DNA from: a virus
DNA length: 64,000 nt
Virus record (IMG/VR): IMGVR_UViG_3300036770_005682
Location: 64,001 to 128,000 of that record
Strand: one strand, 5' to 3'
Position 1 is the stretch's first letter; each line of letters begins with the position of its first letter. Both the position numbers and the translations under genes were made by a program. The notes beneath the pieces are model-generated. The model was given only the letters and a program-made list of their open reading frames with translations, ran no database searches and was not told where the DNA came from. Of the stretch, positions 19,074-29,155 are shown piece after piece.

Positions 19074-20102
19074 CTAGTTTAGCACCAACGAATGAGTTAG
19101 CAATTTTTTCTGAGTGACACTTGATGTATCGTCCATTGACGCCATCGCATTGCTGTACTTGTCATCTGTTCTTGAGTGGTCTAAGAACTCACCTATTGCG
19201 TTATACAAAGCCCACCCATTAAAGCCATATCCGCCTGCATTGCGGTCATTCATATAAATGTCGAGCACGTGCTCAATCAGTGATTCCCTATTTTGCTTCT
19301 GTCTTTCTGTCTCATTGCGCTGAGCGGGGAACACGCCATTGATTACATCGCTGAGTTTTTTGCTTCGCAGAGGGGTGTTTATGGAAAGCATGCGCTCGGC
19401 TTCCTTCTTGAAAGAATCGCTCCATGCAGTAGAAAGGCGCAGCACTGTCTTGGCGTCATCTATTACTGTGTCGACATTTCTTGTGTGGCGAGCAGTGAAG
19501 ACGCGCTCAGCGTTGCGAAGGCCGAGGACAACGGTGTTATTGCAGACAGCACGAATGTCGGTGTTGGCGTAACGAATTGGCCACACACCATCATGCCCTG
19601 TTGACACGACCAGGTAACGAGCAATCTTGTCATTGACTCCGGCTGGGTCAACGAATGTTGCACCCATCTCAATAGTGGCGAAGAAACGAGCTCCACCTCG
19701 GAGACATCCGACAGTATCCATGACAGCATCGCCGGATGAAGCACCAACAACTGCTAGCGCCCTCTCTAGTACTTCCCTGTTCTGCCTGACGACATAACGG
19801 GTGCCCACTGTCGCGATTGGGTCAATACTGCCGTCAGTATTTTGACGAACAGTTGCCCTGCTGTCATTGATAATCACTACAGAGCCGTCTGAATTGCGTA
19901 TTAGTTCGCCATTGTCGTCCACTGCGGCTACGCGTGTCAGGAGTACGTCATAATCAGCATCGGCTGCTTCTAGCATCGCATCAACCGTCTGGAGACCAGC
20001 CATGGGTGTTCCAAGCCTGTGCCAGGGGATTACCCTGTCACCCCCTGTGGCATAAGCCATGCGAGCTTCGCCGTTTGCCCTGAAATCTAGTTCGTGACTC
20101 AT
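19074..20102 (-). CDS. DUF932 / phage-plasmid (TIGR03299-like) protein
   Basis: MSHEL...PWHRLG...YVVRQN...GHDG...RAVCNNT...RHT...WALYNAIGE. Confidence 0.85.
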   Translation of the reverse strand: MSHELDFRANGEARMAYATGGDRVIPWHRLGTPMAGLQTVDAMLEAADADYDVLLTRVAAVDDNGELIRNSDGSVVIINDSRATVRQNTDGSIDPIATVGTRYVVRQNREVLERALAVVGASSGDAVMDTVGCLRGGARFFATIEMGATFVDPAGVNDKIARYLVVSTGHDGVWPIRYANTDIRAVCNNTVVLGLRNAERVFTARHTRNVDTVIDDAKTVLRLSTAWSDSFKKEAERMLSINTPLRSKKLSDVINGVFPAQRNETERQKQNRESLIEHVLDIYMNDRNAGGYGFNGWALYNAIGEFLDHSRTDDKYSNAMASMDDTSSVTQKKLLTHSLVLN

Positions 20103-20247
20103 ATAAATTCACCTGGAAGTACAATAGCAGCAAGGCTTTGCGGGGGGCAGAACATTTTCTGTGCTAAGGGGTTGCAAATCCCTTGAACTCATGTCTATCA
20201 TGACTCCATCCCCAACGTAGGGTTGGGGCCTTACCCGAAGGAAACCT

Positions 20248-21285
20248 ATGATTATCAAGGGAACCGACGCGGCGAAGACACCCGCGACTGGCACGGCAGA
20301 CACCGTGAGCATCATCAACACTGGAATCCAGACTCTTGGTTCATACAACCATGGTCGTGGGCTGACTATGAACGACATTGTCGTGACGTCTCTTACCCAG
20401 CCTGGCCACGTGATGAAGGCAACAATCACCCCAGAGCTTGCTCAGGCAATGCTTGAAACAATCAATGGCGAAAATCGCCCGCTGTCCCATGCCCGCGTCA
20501 AGCAGTATGCAGACGTCTTGACCCGCGGCCAGTACGTGTTCAACGGGGAATCAATCCAGGTTGGAGTCAAGGATGACAACACACTCGTCCTGCTCAATGG
20601 TCAACACCGCCTCAGTGCATGCGTGACATCCGGTGTGTCGTTCGACACAGTGCTTGTTCTCGGCCTCCCTCAGACAGTGTTCTCCACAATCGACCGTGGC
20701 AAGACCCGCAGTCATGCCGATGTGCTGTCCGTTGCTGGATACAAGAACACTCACAACATCCAGCCTGCAGCACGTATTCTCGTGTCGATGGAGGCAGGAT
20801 TCAGCCCGACAGTGCGTTCAACCCTGAACCTCGTCACCGCTGAGGACATCCTGCAGTACGTCAAGAACAACGAGGAGTTGCTCCAGGAGGCGCATGCGAT
20901 TGCCTGCCGCATCAACTCTGTCGTTGGAGGCATCAGCAGCGCATGGATTATCGCCTACGTCCGCTTGATGCAGGAGCGCCAGGCTGCTGGACACTCTGGC
21001 ATCGAGGTCGCTCAGTTCTGCCACATCGTGGAGACGGGAATCGGCCTCTCGTTTGGGAACCCTGCTCTCGCACTGCGTCAGTGGTTTGGGCGTGGCGGCT
21101 CCAAGCGCAAGGGCGCATCTGGCAAGAACGTACTGGAAGCAGCAACAATCATCACGACTTTCAACAAGTGGGTCAATGGTGAGGCTCTCCAGGTCTGTCG
21201 TCCTTGGTCTGCAGACTCAACTGACTTCCCGTCAGTCACGACGGCACCACTCAGCGCAACTGCCATTTGGCACATTGGTCGCTAA
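20248..21285 (+). CDS. ParB-like (DGQHR-type) domain protein
   Basis: ITPELAQAML...NRPL...LLNGQHRL...TIDRGKTRS. Confidence 0.75.
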   Translation: MIIKGTDAAKTPATGTADTVSIINTGIQTLGSYNHGRGLTMNDIVVTSLTQPGHVMKATITPELAQAMLETINGENRPLSHARVKQYADVLTRGQYVFNGESIQVGVKDDNTLVLLNGQHRLSACVTSGVSFDTVLVLGLPQTVFSTIDRGKTRSHADVLSVAGYKNTHNIQPAARILVSMEAGFSPTVRSTLNLVTAEDILQYVKNNEELLQEAHAIACRINSVVGGISSAWIIAYVRLMQERQAAGHSGIEVAQFCHIVETGIGLSFGNPALALRQWFGRGGSKRKGASGKNVLEAATIITTFNKWVNGEALQVCRPWSADSTDFPSVTTAPLSATAIWHIGR

Positions 21286-21384
21286 TGATTAAGGCGCTCT
21301 GAGAAGCGCTATCATCGTTTGGAACGTTCGTCAGCGTCGCACAAGTTCGAACGCGGCGCTGGCGAACTCCATACGGGAGGAAAT

Positions 21385-21621
21385 ATGCCAGTTGAATATG
21401 GACACGGAGTGAAGCAACACCTCTCGGATACCGAAGGTGCCATCACCCAATACACAAAATGGTTTGAAATGCATGGGTATGACTACAGCCTCATGTATCA
21501 GAACAAGTCTTTCTACGTTTTGGCCTACAAGCGTGGAACAAGCGAAACAATCCGCTGCGAAGCCGCTGACACCGTGCAAGCAGCACTACATAACGCTTAT
21601 TGCAAAATTAAATACAAGTGA
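21385..21621 (+). CDS. Hypothetical protein
   Basis: GGGAGG RBS before ATG 21385. Confidence 0.6.
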   Translation: MPVEYGHGVKQHLSDTEGAITQYTKWFEMHGYDYSLMYQNKSFYVLAYKRGTSETIRCEAADTVQAALHNAYCKIKYK

Positions 21622-21627
21622 GGGGTA

Positions 21628-22047
21628 ATGCAAACCTTTGTACCTTATGACACGTTCGCTCTGTCTGCGGCATGTCTTGATTATCGTCGCCTTGGGAAAC
21701 AGCGGGTAGAGACCTACCAACTTCTCCGCGCAAACCTTGGTATTGCTGGCGGGTGGAAGAACCATCCTGCTGCAGTGATGTGGCGCGACAACCCCAACGG
21801 CCTCATTGCATATGGCGTCGCAATGTGTGATGAATGGGTCAAGCGTGGCTACAAAGACACAACAAAAGAGAAAATTCTTGCGCTTGGAGAATCAAACGCA
21901 TTAGACCTTCCTTGGTGGTGGGGAGATGAGGCCGTGCACTCTTCGCATCGTTCTAACCTGCTCCGCAAGGACGCCGTATGGTATTCCCAGTGGGAATGGG
22001 AAGACGACCCAAATGCACCATATGTCTGGCCCGCGCTTGTAGCATGA
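21628..22047 (+). CDS. Pyrimidine dimer DNA glycosylase / endonuclease V family (MSMEG_6728-like)
   Basis: MQTFVP...LDYRRLGKQRVE...NHPAAVMW...SHRSNLLRKD. Confidence 0.88.
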   Translation: MQTFVPYDTFALSAACLDYRRLGKQRVETYQLLRANLGIAGGWKNHPAAVMWRDNPNGLIAYGVAMCDEWVKRGYKDTTKEKILALGESNALDLPWWWGDEAVHSSHRSNLLRKDAVWYSQWEWEDDPNAPYVWPALVA

Positions 22048-22051
22048 TTGC

Positions 22052-22246
22052 ATGAACCGCCGAACCTTCCTCCGCAGTGCTGGCTCCATTGCAGCAATCT
22101 CCCCGGTTGTGCTGATGTCGAAGCTCGCTGATATTGGACGACAAAAACGTGAACCAATGCAGCCGATGAAAACAGGTCAAGTGCTAACTGCCTCGTACCT
22201 CAACGAAATCACAGACCGAATAAATGAATTAGAGCAGCGCCTGTGA
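22052..22246 (+). CDS. Small protein with twin-arginine-like N-terminus
   Basis: MNRRTFLRSAG. Confidence 0.55.
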   Translation: MNRRTFLRSAGSIAAISPVVLMSKLADIGRQKREPMQPMKTGQVLTASYLNEITDRINELEQRL

Positions 22247-23394
22247 CACGACAACGCCTATTTCTTGATATGACATGTGTCGATGCCGCGCGTGAGCGCA
22301 TGCGTCACGTATACGACACATTTGACACTGTGTGTGTACAGTTCTCAGGCGGGAAGGACAGTACTGCTGTTCTATATCTAGCTAAAGAGATTCACGAAGA
22401 ACGAGGCCTAGGACCAGTTAAAGTCATCTTCCGTGACGAAGAAATGGTCTCACCTGCAGTAATCAGGTTCATTGAAGAAGTCCGTGATTACGACTGGGTG
22501 GATATGGAGTGGTACTGCCTACCCACCGGACAAGAGGTATGGGTGCTTGGTCGGCGCGAATACTGTCTGCTGTGGTCCCCATACAGGGCTTCGCAGGGGC
22601 GATTGGTCAGAGAGATGCCGCCATACGCTATTCGTGCAGAGCACTTCGGGTTGAACCCCTCAGAAGTGCTGCCGCAGTCAATCGATTACTACACAATGCA
22701 GGGTAAAAAGGGGCGTGTTGCGTTCCTCACAGGGGTGCGGGCTAATGAATCAATGATTCGCTACCGCTCCTGTGTGCAAAAGCTGCATGAAAACTACATC
22801 GTCACCCCTTACCGCATGAAGAAAAATATCCCCCTGCGGTTTGCTAAAGTTATATATGACTGGACAACAGACGACGTGCTCAAATTCATTACTGAAGAGC
22901 ACGGTGCGACGTACTGTGAGTATTATGACCGCGCTGCGATTACAGGGTCTAATACAAGGGTTGGTATACCTCTCCATGCTGTGGCAATTCGAAGACTCAA
23001 TGATGTCTGCAATACGGAGCCAGAGTTCTATGACCGACTCTACGAATGCTTCCCCCACATCGACGCCCAAAGGCGACTCTGGGCAGACTACGACCTAGAC
23101 GCCCGCATCATGTCATACGCAATAGACGGTTGGAATGGTGTTCGCCGTTGCGTGGAGGAGAACATCGTCACTCCTGGATTGAAGAACCGAGCTATGGCGT
23201 TTTGTTCCGAGTTTCGCAAAAAGCACAACAAAGACCCACGCTCTTACCCTCTGCATTGGTTGGTGCGAAATCTTCTGATTAATGAATTCAGCGTCACTTC
23301 GGTAACACCAATTGGACCAGGCACACGTGCCTACACGATTCAATCACAAATCGATGAGTCGCTAGACAGGTTTGATGAGATTATTGATGGCTGA
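22243..23394 (+). CDS. PAPS reductase family PP-loop protein (YbdN/IbrA/DUF3440-like)
   Basis: VQFSGGKDS, FRDEE, GVRANES, IYDWTTDDV. Confidence 0.85.
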   Translation: MTRQRLFLDMTCVDAARERMRHVYDTFDTVCVQFSGGKDSTAVLYLAKEIHEERGLGPVKVIFRDEEMVSPAVIRFIEEVRDYDWVDMEWYCLPTGQEVWVLGRREYCLLWSPYRASQGRLVREMPPYAIRAEHFGLNPSEVLPQSIDYYTMQGKKGRVAFLTGVRANESMIRYRSCVQKLHENYIVTPYRMKKNIPLRFAKVIYDWTTDDVLKFITEEHGATYCEYYDRAAITGSNTRVGIPLHAVAIRRLNDVCNTEPEFYDRLYECFPHIDAQRRLWADYDLDARIMSYAIDGWNGVRRCVEENIVTPGLKNRAMAFCSEFRKKHNKDPRSYPLHWLVRNLLINEFSVTSVTPIGPGTRAYTIQSQIDESLDRFDEIIDG

Positions 23395-23808
23395 GGGCCC
23401 CAAAAACACCATCGCCTGAGACACGACCATCTCTCCTGTCTCTGTCTCCGCAACGATTAGCTCGACATCGGATACCGTCACGCCCAGTGCGGCTGCAAGC
23501 GAAGCCCGCATGCGACCCACTTCCTGCTCCTTGGTTGCTATTTCTGTAGCGAATACATCATGGATGTCGGCAGTGTCTACAAACACGGGTGAAGCGCTGG
23601 CTAGTGTCGCGAGTGTGTCTTCTGCCATCTTTGCTTTGACACAGCCTGTGCAGGCAATGTATTTAGTGCCTGAAACCCGCTTCCTGGTCTCGGTGTGGCC
23701 ACACTCCAGCCTGTGCAGGTACTCAACATGCCCCCAGTGGCCAGTTTTGATTATTTCAAGTACCGCCCTTTGTGGGGCACTCTTCTTGTTAATCTTCATC
23801 ATCTTCAA
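23362..23808 (-). CDS. Hypothetical protein
   Basis: LECGH...CTGC. Confidence 0.6.
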   Translation of the reverse strand: MKMMKINKKSAPQRAVLEIIKTGHWGHVEYLHRLECGHTETRKRVSGTKYIACTGCVKAKMAEDTLATLASASPVFVDTADIHDVFATEIATKEQEVGRMRASLAAALGVTVSDVELIVAETETGEMVVSQAMVFLGPSAINNLIKPV

Positions 23809-23951
23809 ACATATCAGCGATGAGCTTGGTGAATTCGTGGAATTCTGGGGTTAGCTTGAACAACGGTTCACCGTCGAAGCCTTCACCGATGAATTCAACC
23901 AGCCCGTTCTCGAGCATGAAAAATAACTGCCACTCGAGTTCCCACTCGTCG

Positions 23952-25934
23952 TCAGTCATCCACTCCATTTAATTTGCTCCGGCGTAAGCCTTCTGCAAAG
24001 TAGTCAAGAACAAGCTGCTGGTTTCCATCACTAAATTCTACATCGCTATTCGTATGAATAGCTTCTAGGTCGTTACCTTCTGTGGCTTGATTGACAACAT
24101 CGCGCTTCGACTCGATGAGACCATAAATCTTTTCATCGATTGTCCCTTCAGCGAGAATGTACGTAGCCATGACGGAGCCCTTCTGTCCAATGCGATGGCA
24201 ACGACTATAAGTTTGGTCGACATCGGCGGGCGTCCATGGAAGCTCAACAAACACGACATCCTGTGCTGCAGTTAGTGTGTGACCCGTCTTTGCTGCCTGG
24301 ATGGAGAGAACCATCACGGGAGCGTCGTCTATCGGCATCGTCTGGAAAAGGCGCTTGTTCTCTTCGACGTCCTCTACCCTCATGCCGCCTTGAATCTTTA
24401 GGCCCCCGTACTTCTTTGCAATGAGGTCAACTATTTCTCGGTGGTGAGCCGCAACAACAACCTTGTCTCCGGCTGTCAGTTTTCCGTCAATCCACTCATT
24501 CACCGCATCCATCTTTGCCTTGGCAGCAAGACGGCGAAGCACGGATATTCGGACTAGGTGTTCATTGGATTCAGCTTTGATGCGGGCCTGCACGGCTGCA
24601 GAGTATGGAGACTTGCCGAGTTCCTTGGCTAGCTCTTTGGCGCGATTTGCCATGTACTCGATGATGTCGTCTTCAGCCTTGGTGTATTCAGCCATGGCTG
24701 TGGGGTTGGGTGCAACAACTATCTTCGAATGCCGTACGGGTGGCAGCTCTTCGAGTACATCTGCTTTGATGCGGCGGATATAACACTGGCTGCGCAGCAT
24801 GTCATTCAGTTCGTCAAGATGTGATGCACCGTCGATATGCCACTGCCCGAACCTGTCGCGGAATGCTCCGCAGTACCGCCGGTAGAACCCCCACAGGCCG
24901 CCAAACTTGTTTAGGTTCCCCAGGATGTCCAGCTGGCTGGCATACTCGGCTGGCCGGTTGGTTATTGGTGTACCAGTGAGACACAGAACAATTCCCTCTT
25001 TGGGGGCGGAACGAGCCATCTTGACGGCAGCCTTGGTCCGCTTTGCCGTAGGCGTCTTTGCGTAGTGCGACTCATCGTAAACATACGACCGATGACCCTT
25101 TAATTCATTCTGCCAGTGGTCAATGTTGCTATACCCAACAACAAGGACATCATAAGTCCCAGCTTCAGGGAAGTCTTTGCGGTTAGTGACCGTTGCGACA
25201 CGTCGTAGTGGCAGCCACTTTTCGTATTCCTTTGCCCAGTTGAGAACGAGGGTTGGAGGACAAACGACTACAGCCGGGTAGGAGTCATGGACGTACTCGA
25301 GAGTTGCTATGGCTTGCATTGTTTTGCCTAGGCCCATGTCATCGGCAATGAAGCAGCGGCGCGCATTGGCCGCATATTTGACCCCGGCACGCTGGTAGGG
25401 GAGAAGTTCGCCCTGGAGATTCGGTATCCGTATCTCCGCATCTCGTGCCCTGGATGCTGCGATGGTCTCGTTCTTGCTCTTCTCCATAGCGGAGGCAATA
25501 ACCCTGACCCGCTCGGCTATCGGTTCATCGAACTTGTCGGCCCAGGCTATGGCGTCATGAATAACCGCCAGTGGGACTCGCCATGCCTTTGTTGGTGGGT
25601 GCCATGTAACGGATGGCAACGACTTGACAGAACGCACTTTTACTGGGTCATACAAAAAACTGAGATACACCCAGTCTTCGTCAACGTAGACACCGGCGGC
25701 TTTGTTGGTCGACTCTGGCAGATTGAACTTGAGTACCTCATTGTCAACTTTGAACCGGTTACGCTCGGCAAACTCACGGGCTTCGTGCAGGCTAGTCATG
25801 GGTATGCGCCACACCCTGGCTACCTTGTCCCACTTTGACCCCGGTATCGCCTTGACTTGAGATACTTGCTCAGCGTTGTATGGGAAAGATGCGGCAAGGT
25901 GGTCATCCCAAATAAATAGCGTACTATCATCCAT
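23952..25934 (-). CDS. SNF2/SMARCAL1-like helicase with HARP-like N-terminal repeats
   Basis: ADDMGLGKT, DESH, LTGTP, RCHRIGQ; two WDKVARVWRIP-like repeats. Confidence 0.92.
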   Translation of the reverse strand: MDDSTLFIWDDHLAASFPYNAEQVSQVKAIPGSKWDKVARVWRIPMTSLHEAREFAERNRFKVDNEVLKFNLPESTNKAAGVYVDEDWVYLSFLYDPVKVRSVKSLPSVTWHPPTKAWRVPLAVIHDAIAWADKFDEPIAERVRVIASAMEKSKNETIAASRARDAEIRIPNLQGELLPYQRAGVKYAANARRCFIADDMGLGKTMQAIATLEYVHDSYPAVVVCPPTLVLNWAKEYEKWLPLRRVATVTNRKDFPEAGTYDVLVVGYSNIDHWQNELKGHRSYVYDESHYAKTPTAKRTKAAVKMARSAPKEGIVLCLTGTPITNRPAEYASQLDILGNLNKFGGLWGFYRRYCGAFRDRFGQWHIDGASHLDELNDMLRSQCYIRRIKADVLEELPPVRHSKIVVAPNPTAMAEYTKAEDDIIEYMANRAKELAKELGKSPYSAAVQARIKAESNEHLVRISVLRRLAAKAKMDAVNEWIDGKLTAGDKVVVAAHHREIVDLIAKKYGGLKIQGGMRVEDVEENKRLFQTMPIDDAPVMVLSIQAAKTGHTLTAAQDVVFVELPWTPADVDQTYSRCHRIGQKGSVMATYILAEGTIDEKIYGLIESKRDVVNQATEGNDLEAIHTNSDVEFSDGNQQLVLDYFAEGLRRSKLNGVDD

Positions 25935-25969
25935 GAACAGAAGTCTAATGCGTTAAGGATTGGAAGACA

Positions 25970-26284
25970 ATGCCGGAAGAAGTATTTTACGACCCAGAAG
26001 ACGTGTCTCGTTCGTGGACCGAATTGAACATCGGCACACCCGGTATACGCACTACTCCACCGTTGCTCGAGTACTTGGAGCTGCTCGAGTCAGTCCGGTG
26101 GATGCTGCCGCGCGTAATGGCCTACTACTCCGAGCAGGACTGGTGTGCTGGTTGGCTTGTAGACCTCGAAAAGATACTTCCCGACCGCTACCCACAAATA
26201 GGCGTAGCAGCTAAGCATCTTGGGTCAATCTGTACATACTGGGACGGCAGCGAAGGCAGTCCTGGTGAATGGGGAGAGTTTTAG
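25970..26284 (+). CDS. Hypothetical protein
   Basis: SEQDWCAGW motif. Confidence 0.6.
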   Translation: MPEEVFYDPEDVSRSWTELNIGTPGIRTTPPLLEYLELLESVRWMLPRVMAYYSEQDWCAGWLVDLEKILPDRYPQIGVAAKHLGSICTYWDGSEGSPGEWGEF

Positions 26285-26622
26285 TCTTCTCCCCGCAACG
26301 AACGTCGGTTAGCGTTGCGCTTTGACACCCTGATGTAGCCGTCAAGTCCCTTGGCTGTTATTGAATACTGGCCATTCGGAAGTTTCTGGATGAAACCCAT
26401 CGTGGCGAGCTTCTTTATTGCATTGGTGAACATTTCCTTCTTGGGTGGAGAGGTAACTCGAAATGAGCAGTAGTCCTCATAACTGAAAATCCCACTCGGT
26501 CGTATCTTCCGCACAAAGAACGCGTATCCGAGAACCCTCTCAGCCCAAGAGTTGCGATTGAGAACCTTGAATGGGATTCCATAGTCTGGGTAACGCTGGT
26601 CCCACGGGATTTGCTTAGACAT
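26281..26622 (-). CDS. Winged-helix-like hypothetical protein
   Basis: IKKLATMGFIQKLPNGQYSITAKG. Confidence 0.55.
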   Translation of the reverse strand: MSKQIPWDQRYPDYGIPFKVLNRNSWAERVLGYAFFVRKIRPSGIFSYEDYCSFRVTSPPKKEMFTNAIKKLATMGFIQKLPNGQYSITAKGLDGYIRVSKRNANRRSLRGED

Positions 26623-26778
26623 ACTGGCAGTCTACGGCCGCCACCACAAAATCAAACATACGGGGCTTTTAAGAACCCCGTTATTAAAAGCCGGGGCTGC
26701 GAAGCAGTTGTGAAGCGAGGTGTTCTGGGGCAAAACAAAAGGGGCGCACCAGAAGGTACGCCCCCAAAGTTCAGGCTT

Positions 26779-26832
26779 TTATGATGTCGCCATCAAAGCG
26801 ACTAACGCCAAAGTGACAACTACGGCAACCAT
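26779..26832 (-). CDS. 17-aa hydrophobic micropeptide
   Basis: MVAVVVTLALVALMATS; GGGGGTG RBS, terminator downstream. Confidence 0.45.
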   Translation of the reverse strand: MVAVVVTLALVALMATS

Positions 26833-26833
26833 C

Positions 26834-27028
26834 TCACCCCCCTATCTCGGCTGTTGGGTCAAAGTACGGGTCGGGTACTGTCGTATCCCACGGACACGGG
26901 TAGTGAAAGTACTCGCAGTCGGGTACATCGCTCACGCCGAACTCCATTTTGGAACAAGCGAACGCTCCAAGACAGAGGCAGATGAACAACAAACCCCACC
27001 GCACGCACGAGCGTACGAAGTAGTACAT
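26834..27028 (-). CDS. Small membrane/secreted cassette protein
   Basis: GAAAGGA RBS; hydrophobic N-terminus; own promoter. Confidence 0.6.
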   Translation of the reverse strand: MYYFVRSCVRWGLLFICLCLGAFACSKMEFGVSDVPDCEYFHYPCPWDTTVPDPYFDPTAEIGG

Positions 27029-27060
27029 AACAGTCCTTTCTTAGGACTCCGCCCATCTGA

Positions 27061-27115
27061 AATGTACAGGTGACAAGAGCAAATGTCAAGGTTTTCGCCT
27101 GTGTTCTCCGTCACA
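27061..27115 (-). promoter_or_regulatory. Cassette promoter with CRP-like box
   Basis: TTGACA-N17-TACATT; TGTGA-N6-ACACA 10 bp upstream of -35. Confidence 0.75.
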
Positions 27116-27264
27116 CGGCTCAAAGTCACCGAAAGCCGTCGGGCGACCTGCCGGAAGAACTCCAACTGACCGGCGATGCTGGCTCAACAGTCCCGTATAG
27201 CTCTTAGAGCTCTACGGGGCTAACGCGGCGGGAAGAAGGTTTCCTGCGGGAAGTTCCGCAACCT

Positions 27265-27370
27265 AACACGAAAAACTCAAAAGTCAAGTTTTTGGAACCT
27301 TGAAAATAAAGGATTTCAAGTTTTGGGTTTTTGAAAATAAAAAACAAGAAACTGAAAACTCGGTTTTGCC
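27265..27370. other. A/T-tract-rich non-coding segment (likely bent DNA)
   Basis: Closely spaced A4-6/T4-5 tracts inside otherwise GC-rich DNA. Confidence 0.55.
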
Positions 27371-27645
27371 GTCGGCACGAGTGCCATCTGAGTCCCCGTG
27401 CGGCTGACCTCGGCAGCCCCGCCGCCAGCATCTCAAAAAGATTTGACGGTGGCGGAAGAGCGGGTTCGGGTCAGGGTTTTGTGCCAAACCTAGACGCTCA
27501 GAACGGCTCAGGCTGAAACGGGGTCACCGATACCGCAGAAGAGGACGAACTCCCGTGAGAGGGCGTGTGAGGGGGCTATCCGAGGCGTTTAGGGGCATGG
27601 CAAAGCCGACCCACCCAACTGGCAGGTCGGCTCAACCGATAACTA

Positions 27646-27696
27646 CTAGACGAAGAACAGCGCAGTCAAGGCGATGACTACAACGATGGCGGTCAT
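27646..27696 (-). CDS. 16-aa hydrophobic micropeptide
   Basis: MTAIVVVIALTALFFV; ATGA overlap with the upstream gene. Confidence 0.45.
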   Translation of the reverse strand: MTAIVVVIALTALFFV

Positions 27697-27965
27697 GCTT
27701 GGGGAATACCCAAAGCGGCGAGCGTTGGGTGCGTTGAGTGTGTTTCTCCCTGTGCGTCTACCCACACAACAACATCACGACGAGGTGGTTCTTGCCCGCA
27801 TGGGTAAAAGGCTGCCTTGTGCCAACCCTTAGAGCCACAGTTGTCGCAGTAGCGTTCCCAGTCTTGCGGGTCGTCCCACCACGCATGAGTTGCGTAGTTC
27901 GCATCTGCTTCTTCTTGTGTCCCAGCGAAAGGGACTGGTTCGTTTATGAGTTGGATTACCTTCAT
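27693..27965 (-). CDS. Cassette hypothetical protein (Zn-ribbon)
   Basis: ATG 7 nt after -10 (leaderless); CDNCG. Confidence 0.65.
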   Translation of the reverse strand: MKVIQLINEPVPFAGTQEEADANYATHAWWDDPQDWERYCDNCGSKGWHKAAFYPCGQEPPRRDVVVWVDAQGETHSTHPTLAALGIPQA

Positions 27966-27972
27966 GTTGTGA

Positions 27973-28001
27973 AGTGTACCTAGCACATCGCAGAAAGTCA
28001 A
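27973..28001 (-). promoter_or_regulatory. Cassette promoter
   Basis: TTGACT-N17-TACACT. Confidence 0.75.
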
Positions 28002-28353
28002 GCGATGTCGGAAGAAACTTTCGAGACCTTCCTGGACGCCTGGCTGATGAACCCGATAGTCCCGTATCCCCAAGATGGGTATACGGGGCTGATGGCACGG
28101 GAAGGAAAACTTCCGGAGTTGACTTTTCACGGGCGGCTTGTTAGGTTATGCGTTTTGGTGTTTTGAGGTTTTTCACCACTTTTAGTGGTTTTTGAGCAAA
28201 GTTCGCCACGGAAAGTGGCGATTCCGAGAAAAACAACAAAACAACAACGAAGTTCTCGCCCGCCGAACGTGCGCTGAGCCGACATCAACTGGGTCGTCTG
28301 CGGGGCTGATGACCCAGTCACATTTACGACGGTGGCGGAAGACGGGCAACAAG

Positions 28354-28385
28354 AAAGCCCGCCCCCTTTCGGAGACGGGCTCTTG
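28354..28385 (-). terminator. Intrinsic terminator
   Basis: AAAGCCCG...CGGGCTCTT hairpin. Confidence 0.65.
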
Positions 28386-28439
28386 GTCAAACTGCCAGCA
28401 GAAGAACAACTGCCAGCGTAATCACTAACGCTGTCACTC

Positions 28440-28637
28440 TTAGTTTGTGTCCCCCTCTTCGGGGGAAACGATGTAATCAACATCGCCCCAAACTATTTCG
28501 TGCTCTCGCACTGCTTTTACTTTTCCCAATTCGTTGGTGATGAGGTCAAGGTATGCCTCCACCTTCGCTTCTGCTTCACTTTCTGACTTTGCGTCAAAAG
28601 TGTGAACCATCAGCGTGATGTTCGCTATGTATTTCAC
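28440..28637 (-). CDS. Cassette hypothetical protein
   Basis: GTG 6 nt after -10 (leaderless). Confidence 0.6.
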   Translation of the reverse strand: MKYIANITLMVHTFDAKSESEAEAKVEAYLDLITNELGKVKAVREHEIVWGDVDYIVSPEEGDTN

Positions 28638-28643
28638 AGGTGG

Positions 28644-28688
28644 AATGTACACCCTGTACAACACAACGTCAATGTGTTCTGCGTCACA
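28644..28688 (-). promoter_or_regulatory. Cassette promoter with CRP-like box
   Basis: TGTGA-N6-ACACA abutting TTGACG-N17-TACATT. Confidence 0.78.
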
Positions 28689-29097
28689 CCTACGTCCAGC
28701 CGATGACCTGTCGTTGCTGTGAGATGTCAGCCGCCGCAGCGATGACCAGCATCTCGTGGGCTGAGCCCCAGGTGGGCAAAAGCCCCGATGGGGTAATACC
28801 CCAGCACGGGGCTGCCAGGCGCAACCGGCCGGAAGGCCTCGATGGCCGGCCCTCCCCGAGTTATTCGAATAAGTTTTGGTCTTTGTCGAGCAAAAACGAC
28901 CACTTTTTGTGGTTTTTGGATAAATCCGACCACGGAAAGTGGTTTTTCCTAAAACTAAAACGGAAAAGTCGAGCTCAGCTCCTCGAGCTCACGTAGCTTC
29001 GCCAGCTATGCGGGGTTGTGGGGCGGGGCTCACAACCCCGACGCATCTACTTTGACGGTGGCGGAAGACGGCTAGCGCACCTGAGCCGAGACAGCAA

Positions 29098-29135
29098 CAA
29101 GCCCGCCGTGCGGGGGGAAGGGGCACGGCGGGCTT
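29098..29135 (-). terminator. Intrinsic terminator
   Basis: AAGCCCGCCGTGC...GCACGGCGGGCTT hairpin. Confidence 0.7.
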
Positions 29136-29155
29136 GTGCGATTGGTGAGAATGGA

